From: an uncultured Candidatus Binatia bacterium
GTDB lineage: Bacteria; Desulfobacterota; Binatia; Bin18
Assembly: GCA_965200965.1 (NCBI GenBank)
Contig: OZ241744.1
Location: forward strand, 1,376,001-1,440,000
Length of the DNA stretch: 64,000 nucleotides
Direction: 5' to 3'
In this document: piece after piece, positions 41,740-50,160 of the stretch
Numbering within the stretch: the stretch's first letter is position 1
How the letters are laid out: every line of letters starts with the position of its first letter
Made by a program: the position numbers and the translations under genes
Notes under the pieces: model-generated
The model's input: only the letters and a program-made list of their open reading frames with translations
Databases searched by the model: none
What the model was told of the DNA's origin: nothing

Positions 41740-42897
41740 TCAAGAAGGTTCGTCAGTATCGTCCCCCTCAAAGAGCTCGGCCAACCTATCTTCGTAGTCC
41801 CACAGTATAGAATCGACAATTCCGTATCCGTCGCAATCAAACACAGATTCTCCGCCCTCGAACGGAGCTCCACGAATAAAGGCTGAAACAGCTACACTTT
41901 CTAAATACTCTCGCAATTCTTCAAGGCTTGTAACCGGTGTAGCCATACGGTCGTCGTCAGGATCATAAAATATGATCGTCTTATTGTTGCTGTCCCATTC
42001 AGCGCCTTCAAGCGCGCCTGAGACCGCCTCGCGTGCGTCTATTTCCCAAGGCATTTCTTCTAAATATAACTCCCACTTGGAAAGATAATCGTCCAGTATT
42101 TTATGAAGCTGAGGATGTGTGTTGTCGTAATTCTCGGTGAGACTGATGCTAGGACGGCGGTTGTGAGCGACGCAGTTACGCATCTTTTCTATGGAATCCA
42201 TCAAATTTTTTAATCCGGCTAATAGTTCCGCGTCGTCTTTGTGTTCTATGGGAACACGGTTAAACTCCTCATAAAATTTCTCGTAGGTATCTGCATTGCG
42301 AATAACTGTAAGAAGGTCATCGAGTTTAAATTTTTGTCTCTGATTAAGCTCAGCATAGTTTCCAAACGTCAGATGAAAAAATTGGTTCTCCCTTCCCACC
42401 TTCATATCATTCTCTGTCGGCTTTACCCTTGGCTTGACTGTCTCATCGCGGAGCAGATTAAAAGGCTCTTCACTCTGGTAAGCGTGTAAATAGATGATCG
42501 ACAGGACGCGGCGCAATTTCATCTCCAGCGCAAAAATCTCTTTGGCCCGCTCGGCGAGTTCAGCTTGGAGCAAAGGGTCTTCAAACTTCACCGCGTGGAT
42601 GATAGGTGGGGTATCGGACAGGGCATCAGCAAACTCCCGAACGACAGTTTCGGCAGACGTAGTTTCCTCTGGCAATTCAAGAACGAAACCTACGAGTAGG
42701 TGAGAAGTCTCTGTTCCATTACCACCAGTAGACTCCTCGCCGGAACGCCGGTGACGAATTTGGATCATGCGGTCTACGATGTCCACACCAAACTCATTCT
42801 GGTTATTCTCCAGCACTCCGGCAAGCAAGCTAGCCACTACCTGCCGGAGGTCCATTAGCGGTATCGCACGACAAGAGATAATGAATTCAAAAGTCAT
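41740..42897 (-). CDS. HEPN-motif (Swt1-like) protein, putative defence RNase
   Basis: FALEMKLRRVL helix and RNCVAH (R-x4-H) motif; AT-richer than flanks; ATGA overlap with the S gene stop. Confidence 0.65.
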   Translation of the reverse strand: MTFEFIISCRAIPLMDLRQVVASLLAGVLENNQNEFGVDIVDRMIQIRHRRSGEESTGGNGTETSHLLVGFVLELPEETTSAETVVREFADALSDTPPIIHAVKFEDPLLQAELAERAKEIFALEMKLRRVLSIIYLHAYQSEEPFNLLRDETVKPRVKPTENDMKVGRENQFFHLTFGNYAELNQRQKFKLDDLLTVIRNADTYEKFYEEFNRVPIEHKDDAELLAGLKNLMDSIEKMRNCVAHNRRPSISLTENYDNTHPQLHKILDDYLSKWELYLEEMPWEIDAREAVSGALEGAEWDSNNKTIIFYDPDDDRMATPVTSLEELREYLESVAVSAFIRGAPFEGGESVFDCDGYGIVDSILWDYEDRLAELFEGDDTDEPS

Positions 42898-44300
42898 GGT
42901 GCGGATGGTCCTAGCAATTGCTCCTCAAACCAGCGCTTGGCCTCCTGCCAACCGGCTTCGGCCTCGGCGCGAAGGCGACGAGCCTCATTACGGCGACGGC
43001 GGAGCTCGGCGACTATTTTTTCTTGGACTTCCAGTTTGGCGACCGGAATGAGCAGATTTACCACATCGTCATTTGTGAGACGGGGATGGGTATTGCCCGT
43101 CATCATGTGGACGGTCTGGGCAAGTACCATCCGACTCCGCAGTACCGCAGCGAGATAGTCCGGCAATAATTTTCCGGCGTCCCTTACGCGGAGAACATGG
43201 AACTCGGGAGAGCAGCAACCATTTCTTTCCGCACGATGAACCTTGTTCAGATACGGCCGTAGACGCGCAAAGAGAATATCACCAACTTTATAGGTGAAAC
43301 AGGTTCCTTGAGCGGTGTCAGCGGAATCGGTCAATTCTCCTGTGTGGCTCTGAACGTGTGCGAGGCTCAAATAGTTTTCGCCGGGCGTATCGAGTTGATT
43401 CCGCTGAAAACTCACCACTTCGGAAAGCCGTGCAACCGTCAATCCCCCGGAGGCGCTATCTAGCGTACATAGAGCCCTCAGACGGTCCGGGTGATAGTAA
43501 TCTGCATTGAGTCGTCCGTCGGAACATAGCTGTGTCAAGCGAACTGCAAAGACACGGCATGAATCCTCAGACGGTAGCGTGATGCCCAGCCCATCAAGCA
43601 GGAAATCATCAATGCCGGCCAATAGTGCATTAGCCTCGGCGCGAAGACGACGAGCCGCCTCACGAGCCGCTTTTATTGATGCAACAATTTCGTTCTGGCG
43701 GGATTCCGAAAGTTCTGGAAACGGAAGAGCCTCAAGAAATGTCGCAGGGACTCGCTGCTGCCCGGCTGAACCCGTAAAGGCGTAAGTCGCAAGGCGACGA
43801 AGCGATGCCTGACTGACAAACTCCATGACGAACTCTTTGGAAATTCCAGGAGCACGCACCCTGAGAACGTGAAACTCTGTCGAACCGAACCCTACGCCAT
43901 TTGGTAGCCTGTCTACAATACACGATTTTCCGTTCTGCATACACGGCGTAATCTTCGCCCACAGGGTGTCTCCGTTGATGAAGGGAGTATAGCCCTTGCG
44001 TACTTCTTTAAGTGGCCTGTTTGTAACTGTGTATTCTCCCGTAGCACCGTCGGAAACCGCTTGCATTGGTATGAAGCCCACAAGATCGTCCTCACCAATC
44101 CCAGCTATATTGACGGGTGGATTAACATCAACATAGGCCGAAAGTGGCTTACTAGCCGTCGGATTCCTCCGAAGACCCTTCAAATAGAGTCGGAGTTCTG
44201 GCGTATGGAGAGGGACACTTAACGAAAATCCCTCTAAATTGCCCCGCTTCACCGCAAAGCACTGAGCTTTGCCCGGTTCAGCGGGGCTTAAGCGAAAAAA
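42894..44300 (-). CDS. hsdS: Restriction-modification specificity (S) subunit with two TRDs; probably entered by -1 frameshift from the upstream gene
   Basis: TRD motifs (AKITPCMQNGK, GSTEFHVLR, GSAGQQRVP; ARLRPYLNKV, SPEFHVLR) each followed by a coiled-coil conserved region; no credible start codon. Confidence 0.85.
   Translation of the reverse strand, partial: FFRLSPAEPGKAQCFAVKRGNLEGFSLSVPLHTPELRLYLKGLRRNPTASKPLSAYVDVNPPVNIAGIGEDDLVGFIPMQAVSDGATGEYTVTNRPLKEVRKGYTPFINGDTLWAKITPCMQNGKSCIVDRLPNGVGFGSTEFHVLRVRAPGISKEFVMEFVSQASLRRLATYAFTGSAGQQRVPATFLEALPFPELSESRQNEIVASIKAAREAARRLRAEANALLAGIDDFLLDGLGITLPSEDSCRVFAVRLTQLCSDGRLNADYYHPDRLRALCTLDSASGGLTVARLSEVVSFQRNQLDTPGENYLSLAHVQSHTGELTDSADTAQGTCFTYKVGDILFARLRPYLNKVHRAERNGCCSPEFHVLRVRDAGKLLPDYLAAVLRSRMVLAQTVHMMTGNTHPRLTNDDVVNLLIPVAKLEVQEKIVAELRRRRNEARRLRAEAEAGWQEAKRWFEEQLLGPSAP
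44241..44300 (-). promoter_or_regulatory. Putative -1 programmed ribosomal frameshift cassette
   Basis: T_TTT_TTC (44300-44294) in the RM frame, GCTTAA spacer, hairpin GCCCCGCT-GA-ACC-GG-GCAAAGC-TCAGT-GCTTTGC-GGT-GA-AGCGGGGC (44287-44241). Confidence 0.65.
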
Positions 44301-46303
44301 AGTGTCGGGTCTCTCTGAAACGCCCTCCACTTGCGCAACAGGCCGGTGTCGGGGATGATTTCGCGCCGGCGTTCGCTCCAGTCAGGCTTCTTTGGGTTGG
44401 CGGTGCTCCACTCGTAAGAGACGCGGTAGTCAAACAAGTCACAGCTTTGCCGCTCAATTTTCTCCTTGCCCGGCTCTTCCTTCTCAACAGTCACCTCAAA
44501 GGTTTTCCGCCCGGTGGCGTCATAGCCGATGTTGTCCGTCAAGGCCATGAAAATGGGGGCGTCGTCGGGAACGGTCTCGCCGTCCTTGAGGCGACGGAGG
44601 AAAACGAGGCTGGCCTTGACGCCGGCGTCGTAGTGCTGAAAAGCGAACTGCGGCAGGCTGACGACTGCCAGCAGTTGGAAATGCTCAAGCAGCCAGTTAC
44701 GCACGCCCTGGAGCGAGGAGTTGGTGAGAATGCCGTCAGGCAGCACCACCGCGGCACGCCCGCTGCCAGGCTTGAGGAAAGAATAGACACGTTCGAGGAA
44801 CAGGATTTCTGTCTTGACGCTGGCGCGGGCTTTGACCGCCTTGGCCCCGCTCTTCGCGCCGACTGCACCGTTTTTCTTGGCATCCGGATACTTTTTCCCG
44901 ACGTAATCCAGGAGGTCAAACTGCCCCAGATAGTCGGCACCCTTCTCTGCCCGCCTGACGACAGACCCAAAAGGCGGGTTGGTCAGAATCAGGTCAAATT
45001 TGCCTGAGGCGAGTCCCAGATTTTTGGCGCGAAGCTCTTTCAGAAAGTCCAGCGCGTCATGGCCGACAATGTTGGAGTGTCCGTCGTCATGGACGATCAT
45101 GTTCATTTTTGCCACGCGGGCCAGTTCGTCGTTGATCTCAATGCCAAACAGGTTTTTCTGGGCAAAGTCATGCCAGAATTGAAAATGTCTGGCTGTGTTG
45201 GATTTATGCTTGTGGTCCGCTTCGCGGCGAACATGGTCCAAGGCGTACAGCAGAAAGCCGCCTGAGCCACAGGCCGGGTCAAGGACCAGATGCTTGCGTT
45301 TGGGGTCAAGCACTTCCACGGCAAAGGCGATCAACTCGCGGGGTGTGAAATACTGGCCGAAGTCACCCTTGAAGAAGCCGCCCATGAACTCCTCAAAGGC
45401 AACGCCTTTGGTGTCAAGTTCGGTGCCCTGGAGCGATATGCCTTCCAGGTGTTCCACACACTGTGCCAGAACGGGCGCGTCTACATTGATGCGGTCGGTG
45501 AACACATCCGGTTCCAACTCCTTCTCATGTTCGTAAAGGCGGTGAACGCGCTCGGCAAGTTGGGCGGTCGTTTCTCCATCGCGGCGTTGAAACTCGTAGG
45601 GCTGGCCGTCTTCGCGGTCCGGGTCCTTCTCGTCACGGTTCTTGACAAAGACCAGTTTGGAGAACTCGCCAAAGGCGGCGATGGGACTGCGTTTTCCGCC
45701 CTCCCAGAGCGTTTGATGACACTTGCGGATGGCGGCGCGCAGCGCTTCGCGGGGAATGGCCGCAAGGTCGCGGCCCGGCTCGTTTTTGTGGAAGCGCCAG
45801 GGAAGCGGCTTACCATAGCGCTGGGGGATATCGGTGAGATGGTTCCTGTCCCGCTCGCCAGGTGGAAACGTGTCGAACCGCAGCAGACGGCGTGTCAGAC
45901 CGGCGATTGATCCGCAGTATGTCGCGCCAAGGCTGGCCCTGTTGCCACACGCCTGCTCAATGGACTGGCCAAACCCGCCATCGCTGATATCGGTCCGCTT
46001 GCACTCGAACACGAAATACGGAGATTTCAGCTCATCATCGTCATAGACGACAATATCGGCAAAATCGTTCGGGGTCCGGCGCGGAACGTTGACCTCAAAA
46101 CGGATGCGCTCGGGCGGGTAGTCATACTTATAGATCAGCTCCGCCCAGAACTCGGCGCGGACTTTTTCTTCCGGGTCAGCCCACCGTTCCGAATGGCTGG
46201 CCGCCTTGTAGTGGATGCGCTCGGCCCTTCCTTCGCCGGTAATTTCCGCCTTGCCCTCGGCAAGGGCGTACTCAAGGTAAGGAGGCTGTCGTGTGTCAGG
46301 CAT
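44288..46303 (-). CDS. Fused restriction endonuclease (HsdR_N-type PD-(D/E)xK) and N6-adenine methyltransferase (Type IIB/IIG-like RM subunit)
   Basis: PEEKVR, ADIVVY, FECK nuclease motifs; GQYFTPR, LDPACGSGGFL, TNPPFG MTase motifs; no helicase subunit in the window. Confidence 0.9.
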   Translation of the reverse strand: MPDTRQPPYLEYALAEGKAEITGEGRAERIHYKAASHSERWADPEEKVRAEFWAELIYKYDYPPERIRFEVNVPRRTPNDFADIVVYDDDELKSPYFVFECKRTDISDGGFGQSIEQACGNRASLGATYCGSIAGLTRRLLRFDTFPPGERDRNHLTDIPQRYGKPLPWRFHKNEPGRDLAAIPREALRAAIRKCHQTLWEGGKRSPIAAFGEFSKLVFVKNRDEKDPDREDGQPYEFQRRDGETTAQLAERVHRLYEHEKELEPDVFTDRINVDAPVLAQCVEHLEGISLQGTELDTKGVAFEEFMGGFFKGDFGQYFTPRELIAFAVEVLDPKRKHLVLDPACGSGGFLLYALDHVRREADHKHKSNTARHFQFWHDFAQKNLFGIEINDELARVAKMNMIVHDDGHSNIVGHDALDFLKELRAKNLGLASGKFDLILTNPPFGSVVRRAEKGADYLGQFDLLDYVGKKYPDAKKNGAVGAKSGAKAVKARASVKTEILFLERVYSFLKPGSGRAAVVLPDGILTNSSLQGVRNWLLEHFQLLAVVSLPQFAFQHYDAGVKASLVFLRRLKDGETVPDDAPIFMALTDNIGYDATGRKTFEVTVEKEEPGKEKIERQSCDLFDYRVSYEWSTANPKKPDWSERRREIIPDTGLLRKWRAFQRDPTLFFA

Positions 46304-46381
46304 AGGTTGTTCCTCTCGGTTCCGCTCAATTTCCCTGTAGACTATGCAGACCGGATTAGCGAAGCATAATCCAACGCCCGA

Positions 46382-47102
46382 TTAAGCCCTGAAGGTAGAC
46401 CGGATTTCTTTCCGATACATTGCTATCAGGCTGTCCTCGGGAATCTGACCCCAGATCAGCCAGTAGAGGAGTTCGTCAACAACTTCAAGAGCGTCATTGC
46501 TGAGTTTGTGCTCGGACACTTGATAAGCGTTATGGTGTGCGCCTATTGGCTGTAAGTGATCCAGCCGAAGAATTGACTCATCAGGCCCAGCTATCGGCAG
46601 CTTATCCCAAAGGAACTGTGGGTATTCGCAATGTCGAATACGCTCCACAAACCCAGGATTATATCCCCCGCGGCTGCCGTCTCTCGTTGCGCCATAGTAC
46701 GGCACTGCCAATATCGTTGGCGCAGTCGAATGCCTTGCCATACCCCTGGTAAGGGGCTGGTCAACAGGCGGGCCGCCGGAGCCGACGATCAGGCACGGCC
46801 TCTTCTTGGCCCGATAAGCGGCCCAGACTTCACCCGGATGCAAAGGCATTGCAGCAACGGGCAATTCCGTCCTCTTGAGTGGCTGACCAATCCGAAGGGG
46901 CGCTACTCGAATTGTCGCGCTGTCGTGCCGAGTGGCTTCTGCTCGGGCCAGGGGCTCAAATGTGTAGGGAACTTGGTCAATGTGCGGAACAAAGGCGGAG
47001 ACCAGCGCGCCACGACACAAAATCTTCCTGGAATTCTCTATCCACCAAGTGCTCGCAAGTGCTCGGGTGAATGAGGGACTGAACACAATCGTCAGGATAC
47101 AT
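46382..47102 (-). pseudogene. MazF/PemK-like toxin candidate frameshifted by a 10-bp tandem duplication
   Basis: MYPDDCVQSLIHPST joins WWIENS... once one copy of CAAGTGCTCG (47046-47065) is removed; KKRPCLIV, ILAVPY, SILRLDHLQPI resemble PemK/MazF motifs. Confidence 0.6.
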
Positions 47103-47889
47103 CCCCGCCCTTCCTGGTGGGAGACTTCCAGACCTCATCTGAAAACTGGACGGTGTGTTCGCCTTCCGGCAAGGGGGCACCGGCGAGACTATCAAGCCAA
47201 TTCATGCCTTCGTCGTACACCTCGTCATAACGGGCATCTGGTACTGGGTTAATCAGCCTGGGAGCTTTTTTTCCCCTGTTTTTATATTTCGCTCGTAGTG
47301 CCCGCATTCGTTCTCTGAACTTTTTCTTTTGCCCAATTGATAAGCCAGCCATCTTCAACGGTTTCTGAACAGAGTCATGGATTGCGTTGTCCTCGGCGGC
47401 AACGGTAAAATCCAGAGACTCATTCGGTGCTGCGGATAGCATGGGTTCCGTACCATAGACGGCATGCAGTAGACTGTGCGTGTCTTGCCCGAATTGGCGC
47501 ACCTCTCCTTTCAGGCCCGAGATTATCTCAAATGGGAGTTGGCTCTCCAACTCCTCCAGCAGCCGCCCGTCACGCAGATGCCAACGAACCCAATCCTGCC
47601 TGTCCTCATAGTCGCTCTGCAACGACCGTCTCTCCGCGCTGATTGCCCTCAGCGCTGGCTCAATGCGCGCATGAACAGACAGAGACCAAGGACCAAATTT
47701 GTAGAATTGCCATTCGGTACCGGTAAAAATAGCTCCATTGTTGCGTTTCGCGTGGAAAAGGTCAGCCAAGTAGACATACTTGACCAGGTGAATTGGGCCA
47801 AGCTGACGATCAGAGAACTCATCTTGCTCTCCGGCAACCAGCAACGCGTACTGGAGCAACACATCAACACGGGAGAGGTCTGTCGGCAT
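47092..47889 (-). CDS. Panacea (DUF4065/SocA-like) antitoxin with C-terminal extension
   Basis: HLVKYVYLAD...G..FTG.EW.FYKFGPW motif; overlaps the downstream toxin start by 11 nt. Confidence 0.7.
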   Translation of the reverse strand: MPTDLSRVDVLLQYALLVAGEQDEFSDRQLGPIHLVKYVYLADLFHAKRNNGAIFTGTEWQFYKFGPWSLSVHARIEPALRAISAERRSLQSDYEDRQDWVRWHLRDGRLLEELESQLPFEIISGLKGEVRQFGQDTHSLLHAVYGTEPMLSAAPNESLDFTVAAEDNAIHDSVQKPLKMAGLSIGQKKKFRERMRALRAKYKNRGKKAPRLINPVPDARYDEVYDEGMNWLDSLAGAPLPEGEHTVQFSDEVWKSPTRKGGDVS

Positions 47890-47998
47890 CAATTCGACTC
47901 ACAGGGATGAGAATCAGAGCGGGGGAAGGTGAACATCGAACATCCCCTGACGACGATGTTCCTCATGCGCTTCTCCCGGAGTGGCGAGCCTACCAGAA

Positions 47999-48060
47999 CC
48001 GTCAGGCTGTGCCTACCCGTGGCGAGACACCCCAGCGGGGCGTCTCCACCCGTCAGGCTG
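47999..48060. repeat. REP-like palindrome flanked by 11-bp direct repeats
   Basis: GAGACACCCC-AGC-GGGGCGTCTC (48024-48046) between two CCGTCAGGCTG copies (47999-48009, 48050-48060). Confidence 0.55.
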
Positions 48061-48068
48061 CACGCCCT

Positions 48069-48851
48069 CTACACCACCGCCGACACCCCGCCGTCAATGT
48101 TGATCGCCGTGCCGGTGATGAAGCCGGCCTGGTCCGAGACCAGAAAGGCGACGAGCGCGCCGACCTCTTCGGGCTGGCCGAGGCGCTTGAGCGGCACACT
48201 CTGGGCCATTTTGTCCTTGAACTCATCAAGCGTGCCCGTGGTCCCCATCCGCTGCCAGTAGCGTTCGGTCTGGGCGCTGACGATATTGGTGAGGCATACC
48301 GTGTTGACCAGGATGTTCTCCCCGGCGTAGTCCAGGGACAGGGCTTTGGTCAGCGCAATGCCGGCAGCCCGGCTGACCGAGGTCGGCAGGGACCGCGCCC
48401 CCGGGGCCTTGCCACCCGGGTGGGTGACGTTGATAATCCGCCCGCCGCCGACCGCGCGCATATGCGGCAGCACGGCCCGGGTGCAGCGCACCGCGGCGGT
48501 AAACTTGAGGTCAAGGTCTTCGGTCCACTCGGCTTCGCTGATGTCCTCAAACTTCTTGGCCGCGGAGCGCCCGGCGTTATTGACCAGAATATCGACCCGG
48601 CCAAAATGGGCCGCGGCGCTGGCTACGAAGGTGTCGATGTCTTCGCCTTTGGTGACATCGGCCGGTACGGCCAGCACCTCACCGCCGGTCTGCGCCCGCA
48701 CCTCGGTCGCGGCCCGATCGAGCACCTCTGGGCGTCGGGCGCAGATGGCCACCTTGGCCCCCTCGCGCGTCAAACACACCGCAATGCCCTTGCCAATGCC
48801 CTCACTGCCACCGGTGATAAGCGCAACCCTGTCCTGTAATCCAAGCTCCAT
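48069..48851 (-). CDS. SDR family oxidoreductase
   Basis: TGGSEGIG, LVNNAG, atypical active site (TSVSRAAG), FITG...DGG. Confidence 0.9.
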   Translation of the reverse strand: MELGLQDRVALITGGSEGIGKGIAVCLTREGAKVAICARRPEVLDRAATEVRAQTGGEVLAVPADVTKGEDIDTFVASAAAHFGRVDILVNNAGRSAAKKFEDISEAEWTEDLDLKFTAAVRCTRAVLPHMRAVGGGRIINVTHPGGKAPGARSLPTSVSRAAGIALTKALSLDYAGENILVNTVCLTNIVSAQTERYWQRMGTTGTLDEFKDKMAQSVPLKRLGQPEEVGALVAFLVSDQAGFITGTAINIDGGVSAVV

Positions 48852-49014
48852 AGCGTTGTCCTCCTCACAAAGTTTATGGCCCTCACGGCCTAGGCCGCCC
48901 TCTGGCAGGTGCACCCGCCCGGGCGGAAGCGCTCACGCTCGGCCTAGCCGCAGCCCGGGACGGTATAGTGTATCCGGCAGCTCTCAGACAGCAGGGGCAG
49001 CCCTGCTCCTCGGA

Positions 49015-50145
49015 CTAGCTCCCTAACTGATACAGCTGCACGCAGTTGTCCGCCACAATAGACTGCCGGTGTGCGGTGGGCACGCCGGCAAAATGCCGGT
49101 CAAGGAACTGCCGCGACTCCGGCCAACTGCTGTCCAGATGGGGAAAATCTGACGACCACATCATGCGCCCGACGCCGATGAACTCACGCAGCATGATCCC
49201 TGGAACATCGTCAATAAAAGTCAAATAACAGTGCTCGTGCCAGTACTCGCTGGGCAAGCGCCGACACCTGACCATCGGGTCTTTGGCCATCGTGCGGCGA
49301 TGATAGCCCCAATCCAGGCGATGCAGAAAATTGGCCGCCCACGACAGCTCGTTCTCGGCCGAGATCAACCGCAGGCCGGGATGCCGGTCAAACACCCCTT
49401 CCAGGATAAAGGTGGCAAAGGCCCGCGCCATGCGGACCGGCAGCACGGCATAGCCAACCGCAGCACTCTCTTCGCCGGTCTCGTCCTGGGTCCAGTTCAC
49501 ATTGGCATGACCGGAGGCGATGATGTGCAAACTCAGCGGCATATTCAACTCGGCCAGGCTTGCCCACAACGGGTCCCACTGGGGAGCCGAATAGCGTGAG
49601 CCATTTGGCGTGTCCTGGGGCAGGAGGACGCCGACCAGCCCCTTTTCCTTGGCCCGGCGGCACTCCTGAACCGCCCACTCAACCTCGAAGGCTGGGACGA
49701 CGGCAATGCCGAACAAGTCCTGGGGGTGGCTGCGACAAAAATCGCTCAGCCAGTCATTATACGCCTGACACACCGCCTGCTGGAGTTGTTGGTCTGGAAT
49801 CCCGAATGCCCGCATGGTGTAGTTTGGGTACAACACCTCGGCATCAACCCCGTCCATACGCATGTATGTGACCCGGGCGTCCGGCTGCCAGTCCTTGGCA
49901 TCGGTAGCGTAGCGTTGGTCGCCTTCAGCCGCCGCGGCATAGGCTTTGTCTCGATTTCTGGCCACCGCCCCCATCGGACGCCTGGCCACATGGGATGGCA
50001 GACCCTCACACACCCAGCGGTCGCCAGAGGCGGTTGAGACGACCCGCGGGCCACGGTCTCTGTAGGCCCCGGGCAGATAGCGCTGCCACAGGTCGGGCGG
50101 CTCAATCGCGTGTGAATCAGCCGAGACGGCGCGATAGGGTTTCAT
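49015..50145 (-). CDS. Amidohydrolase family (amidohydro_2)
   Basis: SADSHAIEP, AYNDW, SLHI, MWSSDFPH. Confidence 0.9.
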   Translation of the reverse strand: MKPYRAVSADSHAIEPPDLWQRYLPGAYRDRGPRVVSTASGDRWVCEGLPSHVARRPMGAVARNRDKAYAAAAEGDQRYATDAKDWQPDARVTYMRMDGVDAEVLYPNYTMRAFGIPDQQLQQAVCQAYNDWLSDFCRSHPQDLFGIAVVPAFEVEWAVQECRRAKEKGLVGVLLPQDTPNGSRYSAPQWDPLWASLAELNMPLSLHIIASGHANVNWTQDETGEESAAVGYAVLPVRMARAFATFILEGVFDRHPGLRLISAENELSWAANFLHRLDWGYHRRTMAKDPMVRCRRLPSEYWHEHCYLTFIDDVPGIMLREFIGVGRMMWSSDFPHLDSSWPESRQFLDRHFAGVPTAHRQSIVADNCVQLYQLGS

Positions 50146-50160
50146 GGCTGCCTCCTTTCC

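Noticed and set aside
44301-44330. GTG start for the S subunit at 44330
   Set aside because: No Shine-Dalgarno upstream and it overlaps the MTase C-terminus; not excluded, but less well supported than frameshift entry.
42894-46303. Classical Type I RM system
   Set aside because: No HsdR helicase/motor gene; the nuclease domain is fused to the methyltransferase.
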